Notes: generated by a model not told the origin, from the letters alone. DNA of 64,000 nt from an uncultured Hyphomonadaceae bacterium (GCA_963972195.1 CAXATH010000005.1:114327-178326), one strand, 5' to 3'. Positions 50,301-60,076 are shown, numbered from the stretch's first letter. Made by a program: numbers and translations.

Positions 50301-51339
50301 ATTTGTCACCTTTGTCAATTCCACGGCAAAGTCCGGCGAAATGATCCCAATAGCTGGTCCGCGTATCTGAAAAAGTATCGTCTTCTGCCAGTCGTCGACC
50401 AATGTCGTTACGCACTCTTTCGCGAAGTCCATAATCATCATAACGCTTTTCGTGTACGGGCAGAAGGTCACGGTCTTCGGCATAAAGGACAAAGAGAAGC
50501 CGATACAGAAGGACTAAAGCCGCGTTCCGTACATCCTCCATAGGGCTGTCAGGCGCCGCAGCCGAAATGGCTTTAGCCAAGGCAGGGTAAACCTCATTAA
50601 AAATCTTACCGGAGAGGTCCTCTGCAACACGTTCTTCGTAATAGCGCGCAATGTCTAGAGCCCTGGCATGGAGCGTTCGCATTTTTGAGGGGTGAAGGGC
50701 AAACCCCGTCCGTCCAAAGAGAAGGTAAAAGACTTTTAACTGATGATCTGTTTTGTCTTCTAATGCAGAACGCAAATCCACTTCGAAGAAGTCGTCGCGT
50801 CTGGATTTAGCGTCTTGCCAATAGAGCCGCCACAAGGCTCCATTGGTTAAAATACCCCATTTAAGTTTGCGGTCTGTTATACGGTCAGCACTGGATAAAT
50901 AATTGAGAATTTGACTGGACGGTGTGCCTTTATCTTCGACCCCCTTTGTGCGTCTGTCGAGGGGGCGATCCCATCGTTTAGCCTCGACCAGACAGGTTGC
51001 AAAAGCATATCGTCTGAATTCACCTGTCTTTTCCAGAGCCTTTTCCTTTTCCTTAGAAGAGAGAAAAAGGATTCCATCAGGTACTTCTTCGCGTCCTTTG
51101 TTTGAGAGGTTTTGTTGGGGGAGGGAGTCGTTCCAGCCTAAAGCTTCTAGAATTGGCCAGATGAGTTCGCTTTCGGTTGTTGCTTCATTAGGGGTTCCAT
51201 CTGTCGGAAATTTTTTGAATTGAATTTCCAGTGACGAACGGAATGCATCGAATAACTCAGAAGAAACATCTTCCCAATCAGGCATGTCTCGAATGCTATC
51301 CGTCAGGAAATCCTGCGCGAATAAAGTCCCTTTAAACAT
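47389..51339 (-). CDS. Type IIG (Eco57I-like) restriction-modification fusion enzyme
   Basis: N-terminal nuclease 'PDG...VEAK', 'GILTNG'; MTase 'GSYYTP', 'DPAMGSGHFL', 'IGNPPW'; C-terminal target-recognition region. Confidence 0.85.
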   Translation of the reverse strand: MFKGTLFAQDFLTDSIRDMPDWEDVSSELFDAFRSSLEIQFKKFPTDGTPNEATTESELIWPILEALGWNDSLPQQNLSNKGREEVPDGILFLSSKEKEKALEKTGEFRRYAFATCLVEAKRWDRPLDRRTKGVEDKGTPSSQILNYLSSADRITDRKLKWGILTNGALWRLYWQDAKSRRDDFFEVDLRSALEDKTDHQLKVFYLLFGRTGFALHPSKMRTLHARALDIARYYEERVAEDLSGKIFNEVYPALAKAISAAAPDSPMEDVRNAALVLLYRLLFVLYAEDRDLLPVHEKRYDDYGLRERVRNDIGRRLAEDDTFSDTRTSYWDHFAGLCRGIDKGDKSIGIPPYNGGLFNSEKHELLETIRLSDTVMVTLVDAMCFAKTEAGDRKYINYRDLSVQQLGSVYERLLEYEITETDGIIDIRPNIFARKGSGSYYTPENLVDLIIEETLRPLIDRAYETADPADEILKLKICDPAMGSGHFLVSLVDFLSDEVATAIERTSEPSAVIQRVELTREKIFENAREKQWAVKEEHLDDPHIIRRMVLKRCIYGVDKNAMAVELAKVSLWLHTFTVGAPLSFLDHHLKCGDSLFGMSVYDWRNDVELLGGSLLSQPLVREAASAENIMKTIEMLADAEIEEVEQSKSMYGEMMEKVSDLYHFMSFAHALRWMKLNSKDKGIISAFYTEHFGDPKWIMAGTRPPRKNVRDSERFAEIWAEARELMEEENFLHWQVAFPGVWDRWSSPSFHGGFDAVIGNPPWDRIKLQQVEWFAARRPEIAMKPRASDRKKAIAELEKNDDPLFEDFKKADKRAQMQLSEARRDKKKGGHYPLLGRGDINLYSLFVERAQSLLKTGGMMGLLVPSGIASDKTAAKFFSGVATTGKLKALYDFENRRTRCGLDPFFPDVDSRFKFSAIIISGHSLDKPASCAFFLQSPEEILDPDRCFPLSPEDFARINPNTGTAPIFRTRRDAEITRTVYKNLPVLIDHSGREPIKTWPVKYSTMFHMTNDSDKFRTRQELERNEGAYPIGGNVWDSPSGEWVPLYVGRMIHLYDHRSASVKLNEANLHNAALSGDVTLEEKQNPNFVPTPQYWVNRSEVNEKYDAKYFLAFRDIARATDVRTFVTSLTPFAAFNNKLPILSFQGTSDNSKNYLLANMASISFDFVARTKAHSTSMNWYIVEQLPVVPPETYEAVKFGSRTAGEIVRETVLELTYTAHDMAPFAKDMGYVDAAGEVKPPFIWDEDRRLHLKAKLDALYFILYGITDPGDVDYIYSTFPIVERQEKKLYGEYRTAKLAKHWINALQAGRPDAEIKL

Positions 51340-51518
51340 GATGGCTTCCGTGAATCAAAATAAGTCCTCCCTGAACTCACCCCTAGCGTGTTGTGTTTCA
51401 CAGGGACACTGTTTTTTGGGTCATAACACGGCTCGAGCGTCTTATTTAAATGTCTTCAAACCTGTCCAAATTGAAATTCTGTGGCCGCATTCCGGCCTTA
51501 TTTGGGCTGTCTTTGGCG

Positions 51519-51543
51519 GGAACTCCGATGGGGAATAACCGTT
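51519..51543 (+). promoter_or_regulatory. EcfG/SigT general-stress promoter
   Basis: GGAAC-N16-CGTT upstream of the 51577 gene. Confidence 0.65.
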
Positions 51544-51576
51544 TGATAGCCCATGGAGAAAAAGAAAGGACATAAC

Positions 51577-52539
51577 ATGTCAAAAGAATTCCTTAAATCC
51601 GGAGCCGCCGGCTTTGCGCTTGTGGCTTCCCTCTTCGTTGTTTCGCCTGCCACGGCTCAGCTGGGCGGCGTAACTGGTCAGGTTGGAGGCGTTGTCGATT
51701 CGACCGCGCGCACCACAACTGACCTGCAGTCCAAAACGCGTCTGGAAAAAGAGTCTGACCTGCGAAAGGCCAAGGCCAAGGCTGACCTTGAAAATCAGAC
51801 CGATCTTTCCAATCAGACAGAGGTCGGAGCGGACGCTATGGGCAACGCTCAGAGCCGTCTGGGCGACGACATCATGACGGACACAACGGCTGACGCCGCG
51901 GCGAACGCCAGATCACAGACCGATTTGTCCAGCACAACACGAACCGGCGCCGAGATTGACGGCAGCGCTGTAAGGCAGGAGATGCTAGACACCATGACCG
52001 AGGGTCAGACAACCGTTGAAACGGCTGGCGACGTGATGGTGGATACGGCGACGAAAACATCAGGTAGAACCGCCGCTTCCATTGAAGCTCAGAATGACGC
52101 CATGTCAGAGACGATAGTTGATTCGGGCGAAACTGTTCAGAGCCAAGCAGATGTTGACGGGACGGTTTCCGGCGACGCCGAAGCAGGCACGACACTCGGC
52201 GTAAATACGCCGTCCCGTGTCGGCGTGGGCCTTTCCAGCCCGGTTGCGGTTGGCGTTCAGTCTAATTCTTCCGCAGATGCGCGCTATTCAGGCCGGACAG
52301 AGGCGGGCGTGGCGGCCAAAGCGCCTACGACGTCCCTGGACGGAATGCTGACGATTGGCACGACTGTCATGTCAAATTCCGGCGCGGCGCTCGGAACGAT
52401 TAGCGGTCTGCAAACGACAGAGGCCGGCGTTATCAGCGCTGTAAATCTCGAAGGACAGGCGAAAGCCGTTCCCGTGAACGCGCTGTCGGCAGAAGGCGAC
52501 GTATTAGTGTCGTCCATGACGAAAGCTGACGTAAAATAA
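51577..52539 (+). CDS. Exported Thr/Ala/Gly-rich hypothetical protein with possible C-terminal PRC-barrel
   Basis: Signal peptide; repeated 'TDL...T' units; C-terminal 'IGTTVMSNSGAALGTI'. Start refined after the AAGGA RBS. Confidence 0.65.
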   Translation: MSKEFLKSGAAGFALVASLFVVSPATAQLGGVTGQVGGVVDSTARTTTDLQSKTRLEKESDLRKAKAKADLENQTDLSNQTEVGADAMGNAQSRLGDDIMTDTTADAAANARSQTDLSSTTRTGAEIDGSAVRQEMLDTMTEGQTTVETAGDVMVDTATKTSGRTAASIEAQNDAMSETIVDSGETVQSQADVDGTVSGDAEAGTTLGVNTPSRVGVGLSSPVAVGVQSNSSADARYSGRTEAGVAAKAPTTSLDGMLTIGTTVMSNSGAALGTISGLQTTEAGVISAVNLEGQAKAVPVNALSAEGDVLVSSMTKADVK

Positions 52540-52570
52540 AGAGTCTCGGTAAAACGAAGCCGAATATTAG

Positions 52571-52600
52571 GCCCGCTCCGTCTGACGGGGCGGGTTTTTT
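52571..52600 (+). terminator. Intrinsic terminator
   Basis: CCCGCTCCGTC-TGACGGGGCGGG followed by a T run. Confidence 0.7.
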
Positions 52601-52630
52601 ATTGGCGCAATGGCCTAAAGTGTTGGCCAC

Positions 52631-52655
52631 TAAAAAACCGGCCCGAGGGCCGGTT
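52631..52655 (-). terminator. Intrinsic terminator of the can-sulP operon
   Basis: AACCGGCCC-GA-GGGCCGGTT preceded by an A run (T run on the minus strand). Confidence 0.65.
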
Positions 52656-52681
52656 GATTTGATAAGCATCGCTTTCGGGCC

Positions 52682-54424
52682 TTAAGCCGGAAGCGGTTCG
52701 CTGCCGGATGTCGGCTTGCCGCCTTTGGGCTTGCTGCCGATTTGCTCGGCGGCGTGGCGAAGCGCGGTCAGGCGATCTTCGAACGCATAGTTCGGATCGA
52801 GCGCCTCGTCGATGCGCAGGCCTTTCAGCTTTTTCATAACTTCAGGGCTGATGCCGCTCGTATAGACCCGCTTGCCAGAGGATTTGGCATCCACGGCTAT
52901 GGTCTCAATGGCGCGGGCCGCCGACACGTCGACAAAAGGCAGACGCGAGAAGTCCAGAATGATAGCGCCTGAACCTTCCGGAACGCCCTGACGGACATGG
53001 TGGCCCAGATCCGCGGCGGCGCTAAAGCTCATCGCGCCTCCGAAATCGAACATGGAAATCCGTCCGTCGGACTCTTCGAGGATTTTGCGCTCTTCCGGCG
53101 TGGTTGTGCGCGGCAGAACGTTAGACGCCTCTTTGAGCTGAACATCGGCTGTGCGCCAGACAAAGGCCAGAGCCGCCAAGACTACGCCGAGACCGACCGC
53201 CGTGATAAGATCGACAAAGACCGTCACAAGAAGAACCAGCATCATGATGACATAGTCAAAACGTGGGCCTCTCAAGGCGCTGCGGATATAAGAAAAGTCG
53301 ATAATGTCATAACCCACTTTGACCAGAATACCGGCCAGAACGGCGTGCGGAATTTTGGCTGCAAGAGGCGATAAAACTAATACGATGGCGAGAAGGACCA
53401 AGCCGTGCACCATACCGGAAATCTTGGTCGATCCGCCGGTTCTGATATTGACCATGGTCCGCATGGTGGCGCCAGCGCCGGGAAGCGCGCCGAAGAAACC
53501 GGCAATCGTGTTGCCCACGCCCTGACCAATTAATTCCTGATCGGAATTATGGCGGGTGCGGGTGACGTTGTCGGCGACAAGAGAGGTCAAGAGACTGTCA
53601 ATCGCGCCCAGAACCGCCAAGATGACGGCGGCCTCCAGAACAATCACCAATGTGTTTCCTGAAAGTTGCGGAAGAATGAAGTCCGGAATGCCGCTCGGAA
53701 TAGCGCCGAGGATCGGCACATTGGTCAATAGGAGGCCGGCCAGCGTCCCGACAATAAGCGCTGCCAGAGTGCCCGGTAGAAATTTGGAGAATTTCTTGGG
53801 CCACAAAAAGACCGTTGCCAGAGTCAGAACCGCGAGGCCCAACGCGCTATAATTAATATTGGAGATCGCGACCGGAATGGCCTCTATCGCAGAGAAGACA
53901 GTACCGCCTTCGGGCGCGCCGCCAAAGAGACGGGAGAATTGAAGCAAAATAATGATAACGCCAATCCCGCTCATAAAGCCGGAAATCACTGGATAAGGCA
54001 CGAGTTTGATATATTTACCAAGCTTGAAGACCCCAGCCAGAATCTGGATGATACCGCCCAGAACGACCGCCGCAAACAAGAGCGGAATTGCCGAGAGGAC
54101 TTGCTCCTCAACGGTCATGGACGGATCCATGGTCGCGACAAGAGAGGCTAAGAGACCGGCGAAAACCACAACCATCGGGCCGGTAGGACCTGAGATTTGT
54201 GTGTTGGTTCCGCCGAAGAGCGCAGCGAAGAACCCGACAATGATCGCGCCCCAAAGACCGGCAATTGCGCCGCCTTCTACGCCCGGCGGAAAAACGCCCG
54301 CGCCAAAGGCCAGAGCCAACGGAAGTGCGACGATACCGGCGGTGACGCCGCCGAAAATATCGCCGCGTATATTTGAAAAATCGAAAATGGGCGGTTTCCC
54401 CGCCCGGTTACCAAGCAATGCCAT
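52682..54424 (-). CDS. SulP/SLC26 anion (probably bicarbonate) transporter with STAS domain
   Basis: 'GDIFGGVTAGIVALPLALAFG', 'QISGPTGP', 'YPVISGFMSGIG', STAS 'DVSAARAI'. Confidence 0.92.
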   Translation of the reverse strand: MALLGNRAGKPPIFDFSNIRGDIFGGVTAGIVALPLALAFGAGVFPPGVEGGAIAGLWGAIIVGFFAALFGGTNTQISGPTGPMVVVFAGLLASLVATMDPSMTVEEQVLSAIPLLFAAVVLGGIIQILAGVFKLGKYIKLVPYPVISGFMSGIGVIIILLQFSRLFGGAPEGGTVFSAIEAIPVAISNINYSALGLAVLTLATVFLWPKKFSKFLPGTLAALIVGTLAGLLLTNVPILGAIPSGIPDFILPQLSGNTLVIVLEAAVILAVLGAIDSLLTSLVADNVTRTRHNSDQELIGQGVGNTIAGFFGALPGAGATMRTMVNIRTGGSTKISGMVHGLVLLAIVLVLSPLAAKIPHAVLAGILVKVGYDIIDFSYIRSALRGPRFDYVIMMLVLLVTVFVDLITAVGLGVVLAALAFVWRTADVQLKEASNVLPRTTTPEERKILEESDGRISMFDFGGAMSFSAAADLGHHVRQGVPEGSGAIILDFSRLPFVDVSAARAIETIAVDAKSSGKRVYTSGISPEVMKKLKGLRIDEALDPNYAFEDRLTALRHAAEQIGSKPKGGKPTSGSEPLPA

Positions 54425-54460
54425 AGCAAAGCTCCTTTACTTTAATTACTGAGGTTTAAA

Positions 54461-55129
54461 TCAGGCTGCCGAGTCGGAAAGGCCGGACATTCTGGCGACT
54501 TCTTTGGCGTAGCGCTCATCAACAAATTGGAATTGTTTCTGTTTTTCGTCATAAGCGGTCACGCCGCCCGTCTTGATGTCATAAACCCAGCCATGAAGTT
54601 CGACTTCGCCCTTGGCCAATGCGGCGGCAACGGAAGGGTGGGTACGTAAATGCTGCAGCTGAAGCAGGACATTCTGTTCAATCAAGAAAGACATTCTCTC
54701 GTCATCCGTCATATCTCTGCCGAGCTCGTCAACAACCGATACGGCCGCTTTGGAATAACCAAGCCAGCGTTTGACATGTGGCAAGCTCTCAAGTCCTTCG
54801 GGGTTCATAGCGCCGGCCATAGCGCCGCAACCTGAATGGCCACAGACGACGATATGCGGTACTTTTAAAACAGCGACCGCATATTCGATAGAGGCCGTCA
54901 TGCCGCCTGTGTGTTCCGTGTGAGGGGGAACAATATTACCGGCATTGCGGCAGATAAATAGCTCGCCCGGGCCAGTTTGCGTAATCATACCCGTTTCAAT
55001 ACGGCTATCGGCGCAGGTGATGAAAAGCGCTTCAGGGCTTTGACCATGGCTCAGCTCTTCGAATAAAGATTCTTTGTCGGGGAAAACGGCGCTTTGAAAT
55101 TTTAAAACACCAGCGGCAAAACTTGGCAT
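54461..55129 (-). CDS. can: Beta-class carbonic anhydrase
   Basis: Zn ligands 'CADSR' and 'HSGCGAM'; 'RNAGN'. Confidence 0.93.
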   Translation of the reverse strand: MPSFAAGVLKFQSAVFPDKESLFEELSHGQSPEALFITCADSRIETGMITQTGPGELFICRNAGNIVPPHTEHTGGMTASIEYAVAVLKVPHIVVCGHSGCGAMAGAMNPEGLESLPHVKRWLGYSKAAVSVVDELGRDMTDDERMSFLIEQNVLLQLQHLRTHPSVAAALAKGEVELHGWVYDIKTGGVTAYDEKQKQFQFVDERYAKEVARMSGLSDSAA

Positions 55130-55443
55130 AGGGAACTCCTGTTAGATAAGGGGAATGATAATTATAAAGTTGAAAACTGTCGGTTTTTCACGGGCCGGGT
55201 GACGGGTTTGCAAATCGGGTGGGCGGATTGTCTTTCGCCAACCTGTATCGTTGCATGTCAGAGGCCTTTCAAACTGGATGGGTCAAGCTGAAACAGAATG
55301 AGGGGGTAAATACACAACGAGGGGGAGTGCATTTCTCTGTTTCGCCTGACCCAAACTTGGGGACATAATTGACCTGTTTACAAGTCATAATGCCTATAGC
55401 GCTGGAAGGATTATAGGTAATATACTAATTCATTATCCTATCC

Positions 55444-55458
55444 ATAGCTTTAAGCTAT
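55444..55458. promoter_or_regulatory. LysR/OxyR-type palindrome ATAG-N7-CTAT
   Basis: Perfect ATAGCTTTAAGCTAT in an AT-rich stretch upstream of can. Confidence 0.5.
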
Positions 55459-55508
55459 AGAGAAACTTTAGTAAAACAGGGGAGGAAATTCCATGCGGGA
55501 AAAAGGAG

Positions 55509-56468
55509 TCATGAAGTTTTTTGGCCTCGGCTTTTAAATTGAGGGGCCTCGACTTTTTCGGACTGGCTCATCAAGTGACAAGCCACCTTTCGAAATACCA
55601 CGCCAATCTTTTCGAATTTTTCAGAGAGTGGAGAGGAGGGTCGCCATGTCAGGCTAATATGACGTTTGGCCAGAGGGTGATCTATGCGCCGGACAATTAA
55701 TTGCGGATCGCGCTTGGCCTCTGAAATGGCGTATAGACTTGGAAGAACCGCAATACCGCTACCCATAGACGCCATTTGGCGAATGGCATCCAAACTCGTG
55801 CCCTGATATTCCTCGCTAGTGGTGGCGCCAGCCTCGCTGGCCAGCCTCTCGACGACGTTGGAAAACTTTTGGCTGTTTCCAAGGGTAAGTAATTCCCGCC
55901 CTTGCAAGTCTTTGAGCTTTATCGGCCCACGAGAACTGGCGAGTTTGTCATCGGGAGGTACGCAGATATAAATATTTTCTGTCACGAGCAATAAGCTTTC
56001 CATTTCAGGGTGATCCTCCGGTGTGGAAAGAATAATGTCGAAACGGCCATCTTGTAATCGGGTCTGGAGGTCTTGTGTTAATTCCTCGCGAACGGCGAGG
56101 CGCAGCTCCGGGTAAGTCGTGTGAAGCTCTCGAGTGGCCTGCGGCAGGAGGTAAGGCCCTATGGTTGGCAGAACGCCCAAACGCACCCGCCCGGCCAGAC
56201 GTCCGTCGGCTTCCTGCGCCAAGACTTTCAGCTCTTCCGTTTCGCGCAATATCAGTCGCGCGCGCCGCACCACCTCCTCGCCAACCGGAGTCATCATCGC
56301 GCCTTGCCGGCCGCGTTCCAATAATGTGATGGCGAGATGGTCTTCCATATCTTTTATTTGGGCGGAAAGGCTCGGCTGACTAACAAAGCAGCGTTTGGCC
56401 GCGGCGCTGAACGATCCGGTTTCTGCAATTGCGACGAGATATTCAAGCTGCCGGAGAGTGGGTTTCAT
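55509..56468 (-). CDS. OxyR-like LysR regulator lacking the redox cysteines
   Basis: 'TLRQLEYLVAIAETGSFSAAAKRCFVSQPSLS', 'LGVLPTIGPYLLP', 'GTSLDAIRQM'; the region where OxyR has GHC...C reads 'SQKFSNVVERL'. Confidence 0.8.
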   Translation of the reverse strand: MKPTLRQLEYLVAIAETGSFSAAAKRCFVSQPSLSAQIKDMEDHLAITLLERGRQGAMMTPVGEEVVRRARLILRETEELKVLAQEADGRLAGRVRLGVLPTIGPYLLPQATRELHTTYPELRLAVREELTQDLQTRLQDGRFDIILSTPEDHPEMESLLLVTENIYICVPPDDKLASSRGPIKLKDLQGRELLTLGNSQKFSNVVERLASEAGATTSEEYQGTSLDAIRQMASMGSGIAVLPSLYAISEAKRDPQLIVRRIDHPLAKRHISLTWRPSSPLSEKFEKIGVVFRKVACHLMSQSEKVEAPQFKSRGQKTS

Positions 56469-56593
56469 GAGGTGAACCTAAAGAGTTTCACCCTATGGCC
56501 AAATGAAATTTCTGTGATTCAGCCTATAGGTCGCAGGTGAGAATACGTTTCGAGCCCCTTTGAACAAAGGGGCGTCCGTCCCATATACAGCGT

Positions 56594-57589
56594 ATGAAAA
56601 ATTTTTCCCTCCTCGATCTTTCTCCCGTTCCCGAAGGCCACACGACCGCTGAGGCGTTGTCCAACACTGTCGAGCTGGCGCAGTTAGCGGACGTGTCCGG
56701 CTATCACCGATTTTGGCTGGCCGAACATCATAACATGCCCGGCATAGCCAGTGCAGCGACCTCTGTTGTGATTGGACATGTCGCGGCGGCGACCAACAAT
56801 ATCCGCGTCGGAGCGGGCGGCATCATGCTGCCCAATCACGCGCCGCTTATGGTGGCAGAGCAGTTCGGCACACTTGCCACCCTTTTTCCAGACCGCATAG
56901 ATCTCGGCCTTGGCCGCGCGCCGGGCACTGACATGACGACAACGCGGGCACTGCGGCGCAATACAGGCGCCAATGACAGGTTTCCGCAAGACGTGCAGGA
57001 ATTGCTGCAATATTTCGGAGATGCGCAAGACGGTCAGAAAGTTCGCGCCATTCCGGGTGAAGGGACGAAAGTGCCAATCTGGATTCTCGGCTCAAGTCTT
57101 TACGGCGCGCAGCTCGCTGCCCACTTTGGATTGCCCTATGCGTTCGCTTCGCACTTTGCGCCGGCCATGCTCGAGCAAGCGCTCCAAATTTACCGCGAGA
57201 CCTTTCAGCCATCTGAATATTTGGACGCCCCGCATTTTATGCTAGCCGCCGGAGTCTGTGTGGCAGATACGGATGAGGAAGCCGACTATTTGCGGTCGTC
57301 GCAAAAACTGGCATTTGCCAAATTGCGCTCGGGCAACCCCGGCAAGCTGCCGAAGCCCAGCCGCGATATTGACGCCCAAATTCCCGCCGAGATGCAGGCA
57401 CAAATTGCGCATGCTATGTCCTGTTCGGCTGTTGGGTCTCCGGAAACGGCAGAAGCCCAGCTCCGAGTGTTGATAGATACATTTGAGCCGGACGAAATTA
57501 TTGTTACCGGGATGATCCACGACCATAAGGCGCGGATGAAGTCATTCGAAAAGGCTGCGGATATTCTGCAAAGCTTGCGCGAGGACTAG
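56594..57589 (+). CDS. Luciferase-like (LLM) flavin-dependent oxidoreductase
   Basis: '[16 protein letters not shown]', '[19 protein letters not shown]', 'DLGLGRAPG'. Confidence 0.92.
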   Translation: MKNFSLLDLSPVPEGHTTAEALSNTVELAQLADVSGYHRFWLAEHHNMPGIASAATSVVIGHVAAATNNIRVGAGGIMLPNHAPLMVAEQFGTLATLFPDRIDLGLGRAPGTDMTTTRALRRNTGANDRFPQDVQELLQYFGDAQDGQKVRAIPGEGTKVPIWILGSSLYGAQLAAHFGLPYAFASHFAPAMLEQALQIYRETFQPSEYLDAPHFMLAAGVCVADTDEEADYLRSSQKLAFAKLRSGNPGKLPKPSRDIDAQIPAEMQAQIAHAMSCSAVGSPETAEAQLRVLIDTFEPDEIIVTGMIHDHKARMKSFEKAADILQSLRED

Positions 57590-57692
57590 CTTCGAGGCCA
57601 TCTCCAGGTTGCGCGGTCAGAGCATAAAAAAAGGTAGCGATGAACGCTACCTTTTAAGGTCAAGCTAGGAGGAAATAGCTTTTGACCAGTCT

Positions 57693-59963
57693 CTAATAAT
57701 CGAAGTTCAGCTCTACTCCGACCTGACGCCCGCGGCTGAGGGGCGCAAATGTTCCGCCGAGCGGGACGCCGCCGAGGGCCGCTGGCAGCTGCGTGTCATT
57801 GCCGTGTTGCACATCATTGGTGAGGTTCTTCCCGTAGATGGTAAAGGAGACATTGTCGCTGCCCAGTCCGAATGTCAGGCTACCATCGACGCGGTCAGCG
57901 GGGTTAAGTATCCCTAGATTGCTATCTGTATAGGCAGCGCCGTCTCTGTGTGCGTAATTCACATTTAATGTGGTCTCACCCAAAGCCGGGATATTTGTCG
58001 AATAGATAAATCCGGCATTGGCCGTCCAAGGAGACAAGCGGGCCAGATCCAGATCTTCGTCTGCCCCGTCAATGACGCCGTCACTGTTCAAGTCGAAAAT
58101 TACCGACGTATAATCGCCGTCTGTATAGCCTACAGACCCCGTAAGTACGAGATTGTCTGTAACCGGATATGTCGCTTCCAATTCAAAACCGCGAATATCA
58201 GCGTCTGCTACATTCCGGATAACTTGTACGACGCCAGTTGTCGGGTCTGACAGGTTGATTTCCCGCTGTAGATCCTTGGCCTTGTTAAAGAAGGCCGCGC
58301 CGTTGAACCGGGCGCCCAAAATGGGCTCCGATTTAAAACCGAGCTCAAAAGAATCGATCTGTTCGTCTTGGAAAGGACCGGGGCCAAAATTGACAGTGTC
58401 AGCCGCTGTGTTCCGGAAATTGTAACCCCCAGCGCGGAAAGAGCGTGACCAATGGCCGTAAACTCGGAGGTCTTCATTTACCTCATATCCGAAACCAACT
58501 TTCGGAGACCAGTTGGATGTTTCAAATGTATCGTTGAAGTCGAAGCCACATTCTCTGGAAGAGCGCGGATCGCGTGGAACAACGGTACATGGTGAATTCA
58601 CATTTGCGACAAGTGAGGCTATCTGAACGTCTTTACGTTCGTCGGAATAACGTATCCCGGCGTTGAAACTCAGCTTGTCCGTTAAATCATATTCACCGGC
58701 CGCAAAGACTCCAATCGTCTCGGAATCCTGAAATCCGCCGCCGTCTTGTGTCAAGGCAGGTCTTACGCCGCCTGTTGCAACGCCCAATAGGTCACGTTGT
58801 TCGCCGTAAAAAAGGTCCTGAGTGAAGTAGAAAAGCCCCGTCGTGAAATCGAGCCTGTCGTCCAGAAAGCGGCCATTATAGCGAATTTCATTAGAGAACT
58901 GTTCCTGGTCGGTGGCGAAATTGGCATGGAAGAAATAGCCGGGCGAGGCGTCAATATCGCTTCGTCCAAACTGAGTATAGCTCCTATAGCCGAAGATATT
59001 TGTTATCGTACCGTTGCCAAAGCCGACATCCAAATCCGCCCGGGCGCTGAACTGATCCCATTCGGCGTCGTTGGAGCCTGTTTCATCTATAGAGAAGTCG
59101 AAAGTTTCGCGGTCGAAATTGACAACCTGGCCGTCAATGCCGGAGCCATTTGTGTGACTTTGGGCCGCGGGGCCGTCGCCTTTGGTGTCGCCCATTTCAT
59201 ATTTTAAGAGTAATTCAAAGTTATCACCGGGTGTAAATTTGGCGCCTGTCCGAATGAGGGTTGTCTCGGATTCGCCGTGATTTTCGCCGTTGAAGGAGTT
59301 TTCGAACCAGCCTTTGTCATTATTGTGGTAGACGCCGACCTTTACCGAAAGAAGATCCTCGACAACAGAGCCGGACATGGTGCCGGAGGCAAAGTAATTT
59401 GCGCCCGTTCCGCGAAGGCCGGATTCAGCCGCTAGCTTTCCTTTGAATGTAAACTCTTCTGTCGGATCGCCTGTGTTGATCAGAACCGCACCGCCCGTCA
59501 CATTGCGGCCGAATAAGACGCCTTGTGGGCCGCGCAAAGTTTCGACGGACTGAAGATCAAATGTATCCAGAACAACGCCGGCATTAATGCCCAGATAGAC
59601 GCCGTCAACAAACACCCCCACCGCCGGGTCGATTGACGGAATAGAGGAGTTTACCCCAAGGCCTCGAATGGAAAAGTTGGCTGTGCCTTTTGCTGTGGCA
59701 ATATCATCAAGCGCCACATTGGGCATTTTAAAGCTCAGGCTGGAAATATCCCGGACTTGCAAAGCGTCAAGTTGGTCCTCCCCGAAAGCCGTAATCGCCA
59801 CGGATGTGTCCTGCACATTTTCTCCGCCAGCCTTCTTGGTCGCTGTGACGATGATTTCGTCCGTCAGGACACTGGAAGCTTGAGCGTAGGCATTGGCTGG
59901 CATCAAGGCGGCCGCAGCAATGAGTGAAACGGCAGACACATTTGTAGTGAAAAAAGCGCGCAT
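57693..59963 (-). CDS. TonB-dependent receptor
   Basis: Signal peptide, 'EIIVTATK', 'VETLRGPQGVLFGRN', terminal 'GRQVGVELNFDY'. Confidence 0.92.
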   Translation of the reverse strand: MRAFFTTNVSAVSLIAAAALMPANAYAQASSVLTDEIIVTATKKAGGENVQDTSVAITAFGEDQLDALQVRDISSLSFKMPNVALDDIATAKGTANFSIRGLGVNSSIPSIDPAVGVFVDGVYLGINAGVVLDTFDLQSVETLRGPQGVLFGRNVTGGAVLINTGDPTEEFTFKGKLAAESGLRGTGANYFASGTMSGSVVEDLLSVKVGVYHNNDKGWFENSFNGENHGESETTLIRTGAKFTPGDNFELLLKYEMGDTKGDGPAAQSHTNGSGIDGQVVNFDRETFDFSIDETGSNDAEWDQFSARADLDVGFGNGTITNIFGYRSYTQFGRSDIDASPGYFFHANFATDQEQFSNEIRYNGRFLDDRLDFTTGLFYFTQDLFYGEQRDLLGVATGGVRPALTQDGGGFQDSETIGVFAAGEYDLTDKLSFNAGIRYSDERKDVQIASLVANVNSPCTVVPRDPRSSRECGFDFNDTFETSNWSPKVGFGYEVNEDLRVYGHWSRSFRAGGYNFRNTAADTVNFGPGPFQDEQIDSFELGFKSEPILGARFNGAAFFNKAKDLQREINLSDPTTGVVQVIRNVADADIRGFELEATYPVTDNLVLTGSVGYTDGDYTSVIFDLNSDGVIDGADEDLDLARLSPWTANAGFIYSTNIPALGETTLNVNYAHRDGAAYTDSNLGILNPADRVDGSLTFGLGSDNVSFTIYGKNLTNDVQHGNDTQLPAALGGVPLGGTFAPLSRGRQVGVELNFDY

Positions 59964-60076
59964 ATAGATTTCCCCGAAATTATAATTTCATTTTATATTT
60001 CACCTTCGCGGCTTTGGACTCGGGATACAAATATATTTATTATTGTTACTTCCGCTAAAATATGTATTTATGAGCA

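Noticed and set aside
47389-51339. BREX PglX or DISARM methylase
   Set aside because: No brxC/pglZ/drm genes adjacent, and the N-terminal nuclease motif fits a stand-alone type IIG enzyme.
55509-56468. Gene symbol oxyR
   Set aside because: The peroxidatic and resolving cysteine positions are absent, so canonical function is unsupported.
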